Assembly: GCA_963600865.1 (NCBI GenBank)
Contig: CAVCDC010000001.1
Coordinates: 46,709-110,708 of the forward strand
Direction of reading: 5' to 3'
Length of the DNA: 64,000 nucleotides
Origin: Firmicutes bacterium CAG:103
Lineage (GTDB): Bacteria > Bacteroidota > Bacteroidia > Bacteroidales > Bacteroidaceae
Part shown: positions 32,230-41,203 of the stretch, one piece after another
Layout: each line of letters begins with the position of its first letter
Numbering within the stretch: position 1 is the stretch's first letter
Position numbers and translations under genes: made by a program
The notes under the pieces: model-generated
Seen by the model: only the letters and a program-made list of their open reading frames with translations
Databases searched by the model: none
Told to the model about the DNA's origin: nothing

Positions 32230-32352
32230 AAGTTAAGAGTGAAAAGTTAAGAGTGAAGAATCCAATACCCACAAAGGCTGTTGGATTCTTCACTCTTCCC
32301 TCTTCGTTCTTCACTCTTCGTTCTTCACTCTTCCCTCTTCGTTCTTCACTTA
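32230..32352. repeat. complete heptamer inverted-repeat element (copy C); likely bidirectional terminator
   Basis: Perfect 17-bp IR AAGAGTGAAGAATCCAA (32249-65)/TTGGATTCTTCACTCTT (32281-97); right arm of 9 heptamers (TTCACTC/TTCCCTC/TTCGTTC). Confidence 0.92.
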
Positions 32353-32961
32353 AAAGTAGATTCCTTTGAGTGCTTTCTGTGCGATGCTTTCGTATTCTTC
32401 GCCTAAGTCGCAGAAGCGCATGATACAGTTGGCGGCGGCATGCTTCACGCCCATGTTCTCGCCTTGAAGGGCTACGGCAGCCTGGTCAAGAAATTCGTTG
32501 ATTCCTCTCTCGTTGGCTTCCTTGCCGTTGGCAAAGAGGCGGCTCAGGATATTGAAGCCAGCTATCTCGTAAAGTGTTTTGTCCGATGCAATCCACTGGT
32601 AGGCGATGACTGGGGCATAGTCTACATATTGAAGAAGGTTGAAAGCTAACATCTCGACCATCTCCTGACTCTCTGTCTGTTCCATCCACAGGTCGGTGAG
32701 CTCGGGCAGCATACGCTCAGATGGCATGATGAGGGTTGCAAGGATCTTACATTCCCTGATGTTCTCTTTCCACAGTTCCACTGCCAGTTCGTAGTCTTTC
32801 CCGTAGCCCTCCGCCATCTTTTTCAGTTCGGTGAAGGGTACGCCCCAGTTTATCTTGTAGCTTACTCCCTTCTCCCTCATCGACTGTGACGCAGGACCAT
32901 TCATGAGCAGACGGAATGACTGCTTGATCTCTTTTAGTTTCTCGTGTGTCTCTTCTTGCAT
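32350..32961 (-). CDS. DNA alkylation repair protein (AlkD-like HEAT repeat)
   Basis: MNGPASQSMREKG, GVPFTELK, LWKENIRECKILA. Confidence 0.75.
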   Translation of the reverse strand: MQEETHEKLKEIKQSFRLLMNGPASQSMREKGVSYKINWGVPFTELKKMAEGYGKDYELAVELWKENIRECKILATLIMPSERMLPELTDLWMEQTESQEMVEMLAFNLLQYVDYAPVIAYQWIASDKTLYEIAGFNILSRLFANGKEANERGINEFLDQAAVALQGENMGVKHAAANCIMRFCDLGEEYESIAQKALKGIYF

Positions 32962-32991
32962 AGTTTTCTGTGTTGATAAAGGCGGTTTTTA

Positions 32992-33831
32992 CTATAGCTT
33001 CACCGTCGTGCAGTACATCCCTTCGAAGTTTTTCTCCATATCGAGAGGCTTTTGTCTGAAGATGCCGAAGATGGCACTTCCACTGCCACTCATTGCTGCA
33101 TAGACAGCACCCTTGTCGTATAGTTTCTGTTTGATGTCTGCCAATTCGGGGTATATGGCGAAAACGGTTTTCTCAAAGTCGTTGGTGAGTTCGTCGCGCC
33201 AGGTGTCGATGGGTTGTCTCACGATTTCGCGGCAACATTTGGCAGGTTTCGCCGGGGTGATGGAAGCATATGCCTCGCGTGTGCTGACGGCTATGTCGGG
33301 TTTCACTACGGTGAGGTAGTATCCAGCGAGGTCGCCTCCCTTACCGTCTATAGGCATCAGTTCGTTACCGATACCCTCTGCGTAGGCTGGTTCTGCAGTG
33401 ATGAAGAAGGCGCAGTCGGCTCCAAGTCTTGCCGCATAGCGCTCCATCTCTGGTATTCCTATGTTCAGACGGAACCGCTCGTCGAGCAGCCTTATCATGT
33501 AGGCAGCATCTGCCGAACCGCCTCCGAGTCCTGCCTGTGAGGGAATGCGCTTGACAAGGTGTGCGTGCACCCTTGGCAGTTGGTAGTCGGCGGCAAGAAG
33601 GTTGTAGGCTTTCACCACGAGGTTGTCGTCTTCCTTACAGTCTACGGCATTGCCCGTTATCTTCAGATCGCATGGTGAAGGACTTGGAAACTTCTCGTCC
33701 ATGTATTTTATCTCAAGGGCATCAGTGATGGGGATGGGATAGAACACCGTTTCAAGGTTGTGGTATCCGTCATCGCGCTTGCCGACAATATTCAGTCCAA
33801 GATTGATTTTTGCACAGGGGAATGTTATCAT
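32992..33831 (-). CDS. ispE: 4-diphosphocytidyl-2-C-methyl-D-erythritol kinase
   Basis: AKINLGL, DGYHNLET, IPSQAGLGGGSADAA, MSGSGS. Confidence 0.96.
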   Translation of the reverse strand: MITFPCAKINLGLNIVGKRDDGYHNLETVFYPIPITDALEIKYMDEKFPSPSPCDLKITGNAVDCKEDDNLVVKAYNLLAADYQLPRVHAHLVKRIPSQAGLGGGSADAAYMIRLLDERFRLNIGIPEMERYAARLGADCAFFITAEPAYAEGIGNELMPIDGKGGDLAGYYLTVVKPDIAVSTREAYASITPAKPAKCCREIVRQPIDTWRDELTNDFEKTVFAIYPELADIKQKLYDKGAVYAAMSGSGSAIFGIFRQKPLDMEKNFEGMYCTTVKL

Positions 33832-33988
33832 AATCGTATGTCTTAAGGTTTACGGTTACAAAGTTAATCATTATTTTTCTTATGAACAAATATGGGAGGG
33901 AAATATTGCAACCGTACTGGCTGAATTATTTTCCCAGTTAGAAAAAAAAAATTATCCAACTGGAAAGTTCGTAACAAGGGCGTTCCAC

Positions 33989-34070
33989 GGTAGTCGGCAG
34001 ACTTGCTGACTAAGGTCAGCAGACTTGCCGACTGCAGTCAGCAGACCTGCTGACGGTAGTCGACAGACCT
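33989..34070. repeat. 22-bp-period array of palindromic units
   Basis: GTC[G/A]GCAGAC[T/C]TGC[T/C]GAC at 33993, 34015, 34037 and a partial unit at 34059, separated by 4-nt linkers. Confidence 0.9.
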
Positions 34071-34074
34071 AAGC

Positions 34075-34235
34075 TCCTATAGTTCCTGCACCTGCTATCC
34101 TATAGTTCCTGCACCTGCTATCCTATAGTTCCTGCACCTGCTATCCTATATTACTTGCACCTGTTATCCTATATTACTTACACCTGCTATCCTATATTAC
34201 TTACATCTATTCTCCTATACTTCTTGCCCTACAAA
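34075..34235. repeat. 23-bp tandem repeat, about 7 copies
   Basis: TCCTATAGTTCCTGCACCTGCTA exact at 34075, 34098, 34121; diverging copies at 34144, 34167, 34190, 34213. Confidence 0.92.
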
Positions 34236-34309
34236 CCTACTTTCGCCTCATGCCACCTTATTTATATTTATACAAATGAAGAGTAAATACAAAAAACTTT
34301 TACAAAACC

Positions 34310-34341
34310 TTTGTGTCATGATGAAAAAAGCATTACCTTTG
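34310..34341 (+). promoter_or_regulatory. sigma-A promoter of radA
   Basis: TTTG(34310-13)-N20-TACCTTTG(34334-41). Confidence 0.75.
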
Positions 34342-34364
34342 CCGATGCAAAAAGGATAGAGACT

Positions 34365-35807
34365 ATGGCAAAAGACAAAATAGCTTATGTTTGCAGTCAT
34401 TGTGGACAGGAGTCTGCCAAATGGATAGGCAAATGCCCGGGCTGTGGACAGTGGAACACATTCAAGGAGATACGCATCGCTGCAGACAGTGGGATGCAGG
34501 CTGCCAAAAACGTGGGAATGACGATGAGGCAGGGTGGTGCGGCAACCTTGTTTGGCGGCAACCACCATGAGGGTGGCAACCGTCCTGTGCGCTTGCCAGA
34601 CATCTCTGTGCTCGACGAGGAGCGCATTGACATGCATGATGCTGAACTGAACCGCGTGCTCGGTGGTGGCATGGTGCCTGGCAGTATTATCCTCCTTGGC
34701 GGAGACCCGGGTATCGGCAAGAGTACGCTCACGCTACAGACCATGCTTAACATACCTGAACACAAGGTGCTGTACGTCAGCGGTGAGGAGAGCGCCCATC
34801 AGATTAAGTTGCGTGCCGACCGCCTGTCGGCAGTAGGCATGGGAAGGGCGGATGGCTCCGGCCTTGGTCATGTGAGCGTCCTCTGTGAGACATCACTCGA
34901 AAAGATTTTCTCCTATGTGCAGGAGGTAAGTCCGGAAATCATGGTTGTCGACTCCATCCAGACCATAGCCACCGACGCTGTAGAAAGTTCGCCGGGTAGT
35001 GTCTCGCAGGTGAGGGAATGTGCTGCCGCCTTGTTGCGCTTTGCCAAGACAAGTGGTATTCCAATTATCCTGATAGGACATATAAATAAGGAGGGAACGC
35101 TTGCCGGACCAAAGATATTAGAGCATATCGTCGACACCGTCCTGCAGTTTGAGGGCGACCAACATTATATGTATCGTATTCTGCGCAGTATCAAAAACCG
35201 ATTCGGTAGTACGTCGGAGTTGGGTATCTACGAGATGCAGCAAGGTGGACTGCGTCAGGTGAACAACCCCTCAGAACTGCTTCTCTCCGAAGACCACGAA
35301 GGACTCTCCGGGGTGGCGATAAGCAGTGCCATAGAGGGTGTGCGCCCGTTCCTGTTGGAGACGCAGGCTCTTGTCTCTACGGCGGCATACGGTACTCCGC
35401 AACGGTCGGCTACGGGCTTTGACCAGCGCCGTCTCAATATGCTTTTGGCTGTGCTGGAGAAGCGTGTCGGTTTCAAACTGATACAGAAGGACGTGTTCCT
35501 CAACATCGCTGGCGGTCTGCGTGTCACCGACCTTGCCATGGACCTCAGTGTGATAGCCGCTGTACTGAGTAGCAATGTAGACACTCCGATAGAGGCTGGA
35601 TGGTGCATGGCTGGTGAGGTGGGACTGAGTGGCGAGGTGCGCCCTGTGAGTCGCATCGAACAGCGTGTCGCCGAAGCTGAGAAGTTGGGCTTCAGTCACA
35701 TCATCATCCCTACATACAACTTCAAGGGCTTCGACCATTCCCGGTATAAAATAGAGATTCATCCCGTACGCAAGGTAGAGGAAGCACTGCGCTGCCTCTT
35801 TGGATGA
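34365..35807 (+). CDS. radA: DNA repair protein RadA/Sms
   Basis: C4 zinc finger CSHC..CPGC, GDPGIGKST, KNRFG, GEVGLSGE; start corrected to MAKDK. Confidence 0.97.
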   Translation: MAKDKIAYVCSHCGQESAKWIGKCPGCGQWNTFKEIRIAADSGMQAAKNVGMTMRQGGAATLFGGNHHEGGNRPVRLPDISVLDEERIDMHDAELNRVLGGGMVPGSIILLGGDPGIGKSTLTLQTMLNIPEHKVLYVSGEESAHQIKLRADRLSAVGMGRADGSGLGHVSVLCETSLEKIFSYVQEVSPEIMVVDSIQTIATDAVESSPGSVSQVRECAAALLRFAKTSGIPIILIGHINKEGTLAGPKILEHIVDTVLQFEGDQHYMYRILRSIKNRFGSTSELGIYEMQQGGLRQVNNPSELLLSEDHEGLSGVAISSAIEGVRPFLLETQALVSTAAYGTPQRSATGFDQRRLNMLLAVLEKRVGFKLIQKDVFLNIAGGLRVTDLAMDLSVIAAVLSSNVDTPIEAGWCMAGEVGLSGEVRPVSRIEQRVAEAEKLGFSHIIIPTYNFKGFDHSRYKIEIHPVRKVEEALRCLFG

Positions 35808-35811
35808 TATT

Positions 35812-36031
35812 TAAAGGTAAAAAGGTAAAGAGTAAAAAGGTAATTTAAGTGAAGAACGAAGAGGGAAGAGTGAAGAAACAACGTTCGCCGGCCGAAGGGA
35901 AAGGCAATCCAATACCCACAAAGGCTGATGTCCCTTAACTTCTCTAACTTCCCTTAACTTCTTTAACTTCCCAAAAGGCCGATGTCTTAACTCCTTAACT
36001 CCCTAACTCCTTAACTCCTTAACTCCCTAAC
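35812..36031. repeat. composite short-tandem-repeat element (copy D) with shared 22-bp core
   Basis: AAAGGTAA octamers, GAAGA[G/A][T/C/G] heptamers, core AATCCAATACCCACAAAGGCTG (35906-27), then CTTAACTT/CTTAACTC units. Confidence 0.9.
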
Positions 36032-36050
36032 ATCATAAGACAAAAAAGAC

Positions 36051-36704
36051 ATGAAAGATTCTGCAATCATTGTGAGCGGAGGCATGGACAGCATCACTCT
36101 GCTCTACGACAAAAAAGACGAGATAGCACTCGGTATCAGTTTCAACTACGGTTCGAACCACAACGAAAAGGAGATACCTTTGGCACGTATGCACTGTGAG
36201 CGATTGGGCATCAAGCACATCACCATAGACCTCGGTTTTATGCACCAGTACTTCAAGAGCTCGCTCTTGGAGGGTGCCGATGCCATTCCTGAAGGTCACT
36301 ATGCCGCAGAGAACATGAAGTCGACCGTCGTGCCTTTCCGCAACGGTATCATGCTCAGCATCGCCATCGGTATAGCCGAGAGCAACAACCTGAAGAAGGT
36401 GTTCATAGCCAACCATGGTGGTGACCATACCATCTATCCTGACTGCCGTCCTGAGTTTATCGAAGCCATCGACCGTACTGCTGTAGCAGGAACATACGTG
36501 GGTGTACACGTCGTGGCTCCCTATACCAATATCAGCAAGGCTGACATTGCACGCATCGGCAAGAAACTCGGACTCGACTATTCAGAGACATGGAGCTGCT
36601 ATAAAGGCGGCGAAAAACACTGTGGAAAGTGCGGCACCTGTGTGGAACGCAAGGAGGCGCTTGCCATGGCAGGTATCGTCGACACTACCGTCTATGAGGA
36701 ATGA
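36051..36704 (+). CDS. queC: 7-cyano-7-deazaguanine synthase
   Basis: SGGMDS, VVPFRNGIML, YPDCRPEF, TWSCY..HCGKCGTC. Confidence 0.95.
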   Translation: MKDSAIIVSGGMDSITLLYDKKDEIALGISFNYGSNHNEKEIPLARMHCERLGIKHITIDLGFMHQYFKSSLLEGADAIPEGHYAAENMKSTVVPFRNGIMLSIAIGIAESNNLKKVFIANHGGDHTIYPDCRPEFIEAIDRTAVAGTYVGVHVVAPYTNISKADIARIGKKLGLDYSETWSCYKGGEKHCGKCGTCVERKEALAMAGIVDTTVYEE

Positions 36705-36880
36705 AAGTTAAAATTTATTCGAGAATAGTGGATAATCGTACCGTGACAGAATGAATGATATAAATAATCTTAAAACACTTGGCGATACAAAAAAGATATA
36801 GTACCTTTGTCTGCGAAAAACTACCTTTCCTGAAAAGGAATCAACAAAAATCTAAATTCATATACAAAAACAAAACTATT

Positions 36881-38359
36881 ATGGTAAGTAACAACATTCC
36901 TTCAGTCAAGCTCGGTATCATTGCCGTAAGCCGTGACTGTTTCCCTATTGCGCTTTCTACACAGCGCCGTGAAAACATCGTTAAAGAGTACAAAGGCGAC
37001 ATTTTCAACTGCCAGACAACGGTAGAAAACGAACAAGATATGCTCAAGGCGTTGGGCGAGGTAAAGGAGCAGGGATGCAATGCCCTTGTTGTCTTCCTCG
37101 GTAACTTCGGTCCTGAGACTCCTGAAACCTTGCTTGCTAAGCACTTCGACGGTCCTGTCATGTTTGTGGCTGCCGCTGAGGGTGACGGCGATATGATCAA
37201 CGGTCGTGGAGATGCTTACTGCGGTATGCTCAACTGCTCTTACAACCTCGGTATGCGTCACTTGAAGGGTTATATCCCTGAGTATCCTGTTGGTACTGCT
37301 GAGGAAGTGGCTCAGATGATTGCTGACTTCGTGCCTGTTGCTCGTGTTATCTTGGGCTTGAAGGGCTTGAAGATTATTACCTTCGGTCCACGTCCACAGG
37401 ACTTCTTCGCTTGCAACGCTCCTATCAAGGGACTTTATGAGTTGGGCGTTGAGATCGAGGAGAACTCTGAGCTCGACCTGCTCGTTTCTTACAAGGAGCA
37501 TGAGGACGATCCACGCATCGACGCTATCTGCAAGGAGATGGCTGAGGAGATGGGTGAGGGCAAGTATTATCCTGACCTGAGCCGTCGTATGGCACAGTTT
37601 GAGTTGACTCTCCTCGACTGGGCTGAGAACCACAAGGGCTCACGCCAGTATGTTGCTTTCGCTGACAAGTGCTGGCCTGCTTTCCCAAGCCAGTTCGGTT
37701 TCGAGCCTTGCTATGTCAACAGCCGTTTGGCAAGCCGCGGCATCCCTGTAGCTTGCGAGGTGGATATCTATGGTGCTCTGTCTGAGTATGTTGGTATGTG
37801 CGCTTCTGACGATACTGTTACTTTGCTCGATATCAACAACTCTGTTCCTAAGTATATCTATGACGAGGATATCGTAGGCAAGTACGACTACAAACTCACT
37901 GATACCTTCATGGGCTTCCACTGTGGTAACACTCCTCAGTGCAAGATGTGCTCTACTCGTGCCATCAAGTATCAGCTCATCCAAAACCGTATCTTGGAGA
38001 AAGGTGGCAAACCTGACTTCACACGTGGAACTCTTGAGGGTGACATCGCTGCCAGTGACATCACATTCTATCGTTTGCAGTGCGACTCTGAGGGTAACCT
38101 CCGTTCATACATCGCTGAGGGTGAGGTTCTCGATGTTCCTACACGCTCATTCGGTGGTATCGGTATCTTCGGTATTCCTGAGATGGGCCGCTTCTATCGT
38201 CACGTACTCATCCAGAAGGGCTATCCTCACCATGGTGCTGTTGCCTTCTCTCATGTCGGCAAGACCTTGTTCGAGGCATTCAAGTATCTTGGTGTCAAGG
38301 ATATCGCTTATAACCAGCCTAAGAGCTTGCCTTACCCAACAGAGAATCCTTGGAAGTAA
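36881..38359 (+). CDS. L-fucose/arabinose isomerase-family sugar isomerase (XylA-II-like)
   Basis: GIIAVSRDCFP, LGNFGPE, RGDAYCG, KCWP, ACEVD, FHCGN, PHHGAV; start corrected to MVSNN. Confidence 0.8.
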   Translation: MVSNNIPSVKLGIIAVSRDCFPIALSTQRRENIVKEYKGDIFNCQTTVENEQDMLKALGEVKEQGCNALVVFLGNFGPETPETLLAKHFDGPVMFVAAAEGDGDMINGRGDAYCGMLNCSYNLGMRHLKGYIPEYPVGTAEEVAQMIADFVPVARVILGLKGLKIITFGPRPQDFFACNAPIKGLYELGVEIEENSELDLLVSYKEHEDDPRIDAICKEMAEEMGEGKYYPDLSRRMAQFELTLLDWAENHKGSRQYVAFADKCWPAFPSQFGFEPCYVNSRLASRGIPVACEVDIYGALSEYVGMCASDDTVTLLDINNSVPKYIYDEDIVGKYDYKLTDTFMGFHCGNTPQCKMCSTRAIKYQLIQNRILEKGGKPDFTRGTLEGDIAASDITFYRLQCDSEGNLRSYIAEGEVLDVPTRSFGGIGIFGIPEMGRFYRHVLIQKGYPHHGAVAFSHVGKTLFEAFKYLGVKDIAYNQPKSLPYPTENPWK

Positions 38360-38415
38360 GACGCAGATGGTAGCTTGATTTCTTTGATTTAAGCTTCCTA
38401 ACCAAATGATAAAAT

Positions 38416-38458
38416 AGGGAGAGGAATGGTACTACGCCATTCTTCTCCTCTTTTTTTT
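38416..38458 (+). terminator. intrinsic terminator of isomerase gene
   Basis: GGAGAGGAATGG...CCATTCTTCTCC stem plus T8. Confidence 0.85.
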
Positions 38459-38517
38459 GTCCTTTGGATAGTGTTAATGTTTCTCTTTCCTCAGCAATAA
38501 GAGGAGTTGTAGGGAAC

Positions 38518-38560
38518 AAAAAAAGAGGCAGGAAAATCCAATAAGGAGTTTTCTGCCTCT
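38518..38560 (-). terminator. intrinsic terminator of pgm
   Basis: AGAGGCAGGAAA...TTTTCTGCCTCT stem preceded by A tract. Confidence 0.8.
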
Positions 38561-38605
38561 CTGATTGTTTATGGTAGAGAAAAATAATCTCTGTGTTTAG
38601 GTCTT

Positions 38606-40354
38606 TTACAGACCAAGGCTTTTCTTGATAGCCTCAATCTTTTCTTCTGCAGCTTTCGTGCAACGGGCGTAGCAACCAGCACACTTGAAGGATGGGTCTT
38701 TCACCTCGATGTAGAATTTGATCTTGGGTTCTGTGCCAGAAGGACGGACACTCACCTTGGTGTTGTCGTCGCAGAACCACTGGAGCACGTTGCTTGTTGC
38801 AGGCATGTCGAGTTTCTCAACACTGCCGTCTGCATGCTTTGTCTCCAATGACTGGTAGTCCTTCCATGTGACAATCTTGCTGCCACCCAACTCCTTTGGA
38901 GGATTCTGGCGGAAGTCTGCCATCATCTGCTTGATCTCGTCGGCACCAGTCTTGCCTGGGCGTACTACGTTGACAGTGAATTCCTTGCTGAAGCCATATT
39001 CGGCATAGATTTGCATCAAGAGGTCGTAGAGCGTCTTGCCCTGGTCCTTTGCCCATGCTGCAATCTCGCAGATGAGGCAGATAGAGGCAGGAGCGTCCTT
39101 GTCGCGTACCTTGTCGTATGGCAAGAAACCAAAGCTCTCCTCGCCACCACCGATGTAGTCTTGCTTGCCCTCAGAGATGGCTATCTCACGAGCAATCCAC
39201 TTGAAACCAGTGTAGCAGTCGCGTAGCTCCACATTGTTCTTCTTTGCAATCTCAGCGATAACCTCTGTGGTTACGATGGTCTTCACGAGGTAGTCTGTGG
39301 GTTTCAACTTACCGAGCTTCTTCTTGTTCTCGATGATGTAGTAGCAGAACATCATCGCAGTCTGGTTACCATTGATGATCATCCATTCACCCTTGTCATC
39401 GCGGCAGACAATAGCGAGACGGTCAGCGTCTGGGTCGGTAGCTACCACAAGGTCAGCGTTCAACTTTGTTCCGAGTTTCATGCCGAGGGTCATTGCCTCT
39501 GCATTCTCTGGGTTAGGAGAAACGACAGTGGGGAAGTTGCCATCAACTACCATCTGTTCTGGAACCACGTTGATGTTCTGGAAACCCCATGAACGGAGGC
39601 AGAGTGGTACGATGACACGACCTGTACCATGCATGGCAGAGTAGACGATGTTGAGGTCTTTCTGGCGGTTGATGACATCCTGGTCTATCATGGCTGAGTG
39701 AACGGCAGTCATATAGTCGTAGTCCATCTCACCACCGATAATCTTGATCTTGTCCCAGTTGGCTTCGAATTTCACCTGGTCGATGGTCACCTTGTTCACC
39801 TCTTCTATGATGCCTGTGTCGTGGGGTGCCAATACCTGTGCTCCGTCCTCCCAGTATGCTTTGTAGCCATTATACTCCTTTGGGTTGTGTGAGGCTGTCA
39901 CGTTGACACCAGCCTTCGCACCGAGCTGACGGATGGCAAAGGAAATCTCTGGAGTAGGACGAAGGCCTTCGAAGAGATAAGCCTTGATGCCGTTGGCTGA
40001 GAAGATGGCTGCAACGGTCTCGGCGAAAAGACGGGAGTTGTTGCGGCAGTCATGGCCTACGACAACAGAGAGGTTGTCCTGACCAGGGAATGCCTTGAGG
40101 ATGTAGTTGGCAAATCCTTGTGTCGCCATACCTACAATATACTTGTTCATGCGGTTGGTGCCGGCACCCATGATGCCACGCAAACCGCCTGTACCGAACT
40201 CTAAGTTCTGATAGAATGCATCTACGAGAGCAGACTTGTCTTCTGCGTCGAGCATTGCTTGTACTTCCTTGCGGGTTTCTTCGTCGAATGCTGGGCTGAG
40301 CCACTGCTGCGCTCTTTCCTCGCACTGCTTGATTAATTCTGTGTTGTTAGCCAT
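38606..40354 (-). CDS. pgm: phosphoglucomutase/phospho-sugar mutase
   Basis: FGTGGLRG, TASHNP, DPDADR, GEESFG, RPSGTEPKIK. Confidence 0.93.
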   Translation of the reverse strand: MANNTELIKQCEERAQQWLSPAFDEETRKEVQAMLDAEDKSALVDAFYQNLEFGTGGLRGIMGAGTNRMNKYIVGMATQGFANYILKAFPGQDNLSVVVGHDCRNNSRLFAETVAAIFSANGIKAYLFEGLRPTPEISFAIRQLGAKAGVNVTASHNPKEYNGYKAYWEDGAQVLAPHDTGIIEEVNKVTIDQVKFEANWDKIKIIGGEMDYDYMTAVHSAMIDQDVINRQKDLNIVYSAMHGTGRVIVPLCLRSWGFQNINVVPEQMVVDGNFPTVVSPNPENAEAMTLGMKLGTKLNADLVVATDPDADRLAIVCRDDKGEWMIINGNQTAMMFCYYIIENKKKLGKLKPTDYLVKTIVTTEVIAEIAKKNNVELRDCYTGFKWIAREIAISEGKQDYIGGGEESFGFLPYDKVRDKDAPASICLICEIAAWAKDQGKTLYDLLMQIYAEYGFSKEFTVNVVRPGKTGADEIKQMMADFRQNPPKELGGSKIVTWKDYQSLETKHADGSVEKLDMPATSNVLQWFCDDNTKVSVRPSGTEPKIKFYIEVKDPSFKCAGCYARCTKAAEEKIEAIKKSLGL

Positions 40355-40483
40355 AGTTTGGTATTTTGTTATTTGTTTATAGTTTCAATTGCAAAGATAT
40401 ACAAAATAACCGAAAAACAAAGACTCTTTCCTCTTTTTTTATTATTTTTGTAGTCTATAATGCCGTATAAAGGCAAAAAAGGC

Positions 40484-41197
40484 TTATGGATGTTTTATCT
40501 CCATAAGCCTTTCTGCTATTTTCTTGTCTATTTTCTTGTCTAAAGCTGTGTTGAGTGCTCTCAGAGCATGGAGGTCAGACCCCATATAACTGTAGAATCC
40601 CTCTTTGAGCAGCCATTCGGCTTTCTTGCGCGCTGTAGTGCCATACATCTCTACGAGAGAGAAAACGTTCAGTTGGAACTGTACGCCCATCTCTTGCAAC
40701 TCGCGATAGTCGTCCTTCTCCATGTAGACATACCGCTCAGGGTGGGCAATGATAGGGTAGTAGCCTGCCGAGGCAATACCACTGAGGAGGGCTTGCAAAC
40801 CCGTAGGTGAGAAGAAGCATGATGTTTCTACCAACAAGTGGTCGTTGTTCTCTCCCCATGGTAGGAGGTCTCTCGCAGCAAAGCGTTCCTTGAAGAGATT
40901 GTCGAGCATGTTCTCTGCAGCGAGATGGAGCTTAGTACTTCCCTGATAGGCTTCGCATAGTTCTTGATAACGCTCCTTAAGATGTGTAGTAGTGTTGGGG
41001 ATGTCTTCCATGATGTGTGGCGTGAGCCATACTTCCTTTATTCCCAACTCTTCATAGCGGGCGAGGATGGCAAGTGACTCTTCCGTGTTCCTTACCCCAT
41101 CGTCTACTCCAGGGAGTATGTGCGAGTGGCAGTCTGTAAAACCGTCCCACAGCGCACGGCACTCTCCTAAAGTTATCTTCTTGCTGAACAGTGACAT
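40484..41197 (-). CDS. PHP-family tyrosine phosphatase (CpsB/CapC type; Wzb role)
   Basis: DCHSHILPGVDDG, LTPH, IAHPERY, GSDLH. Confidence 0.9.
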   Translation of the reverse strand: MSLFSKKITLGECRALWDGFTDCHSHILPGVDDGVRNTEESLAILARYEELGIKEVWLTPHIMEDIPNTTTHLKERYQELCEAYQGSTKLHLAAENMLDNLFKERFAARDLLPWGENNDHLLVETSCFFSPTGLQALLSGIASAGYYPIIAHPERYVYMEKDDYRELQEMGVQFQLNVFSLVEMYGTTARKKAEWLLKEGFYSYMGSDLHALRALNTALDKKIDKKIAERLMEIKHP

Positions 41198-41203
41198 GGG
41201 CGC

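Noticed and set aside
33758..34009. 83-aa ORF entering the repeat region
   Set aside because: Overlaps ispE antisense and its promoter, non-ATG start, no coding signature.
33989..34235. CRISPR array
   Set aside because: Units are contiguous or separated by only 4 nt; there are no unique 25-45-nt spacers and no cas genes in the window.
36051..36704. QueC as part of an anti-phage or DNA-modification system (Qat, CBASS type IV, Dpd)
   Set aside because: Canonical ~217-aa QueC with no TatD, TGT/DpdA, cyclase or ATPase neighbours; no preQ1 riboswitch recognised either.
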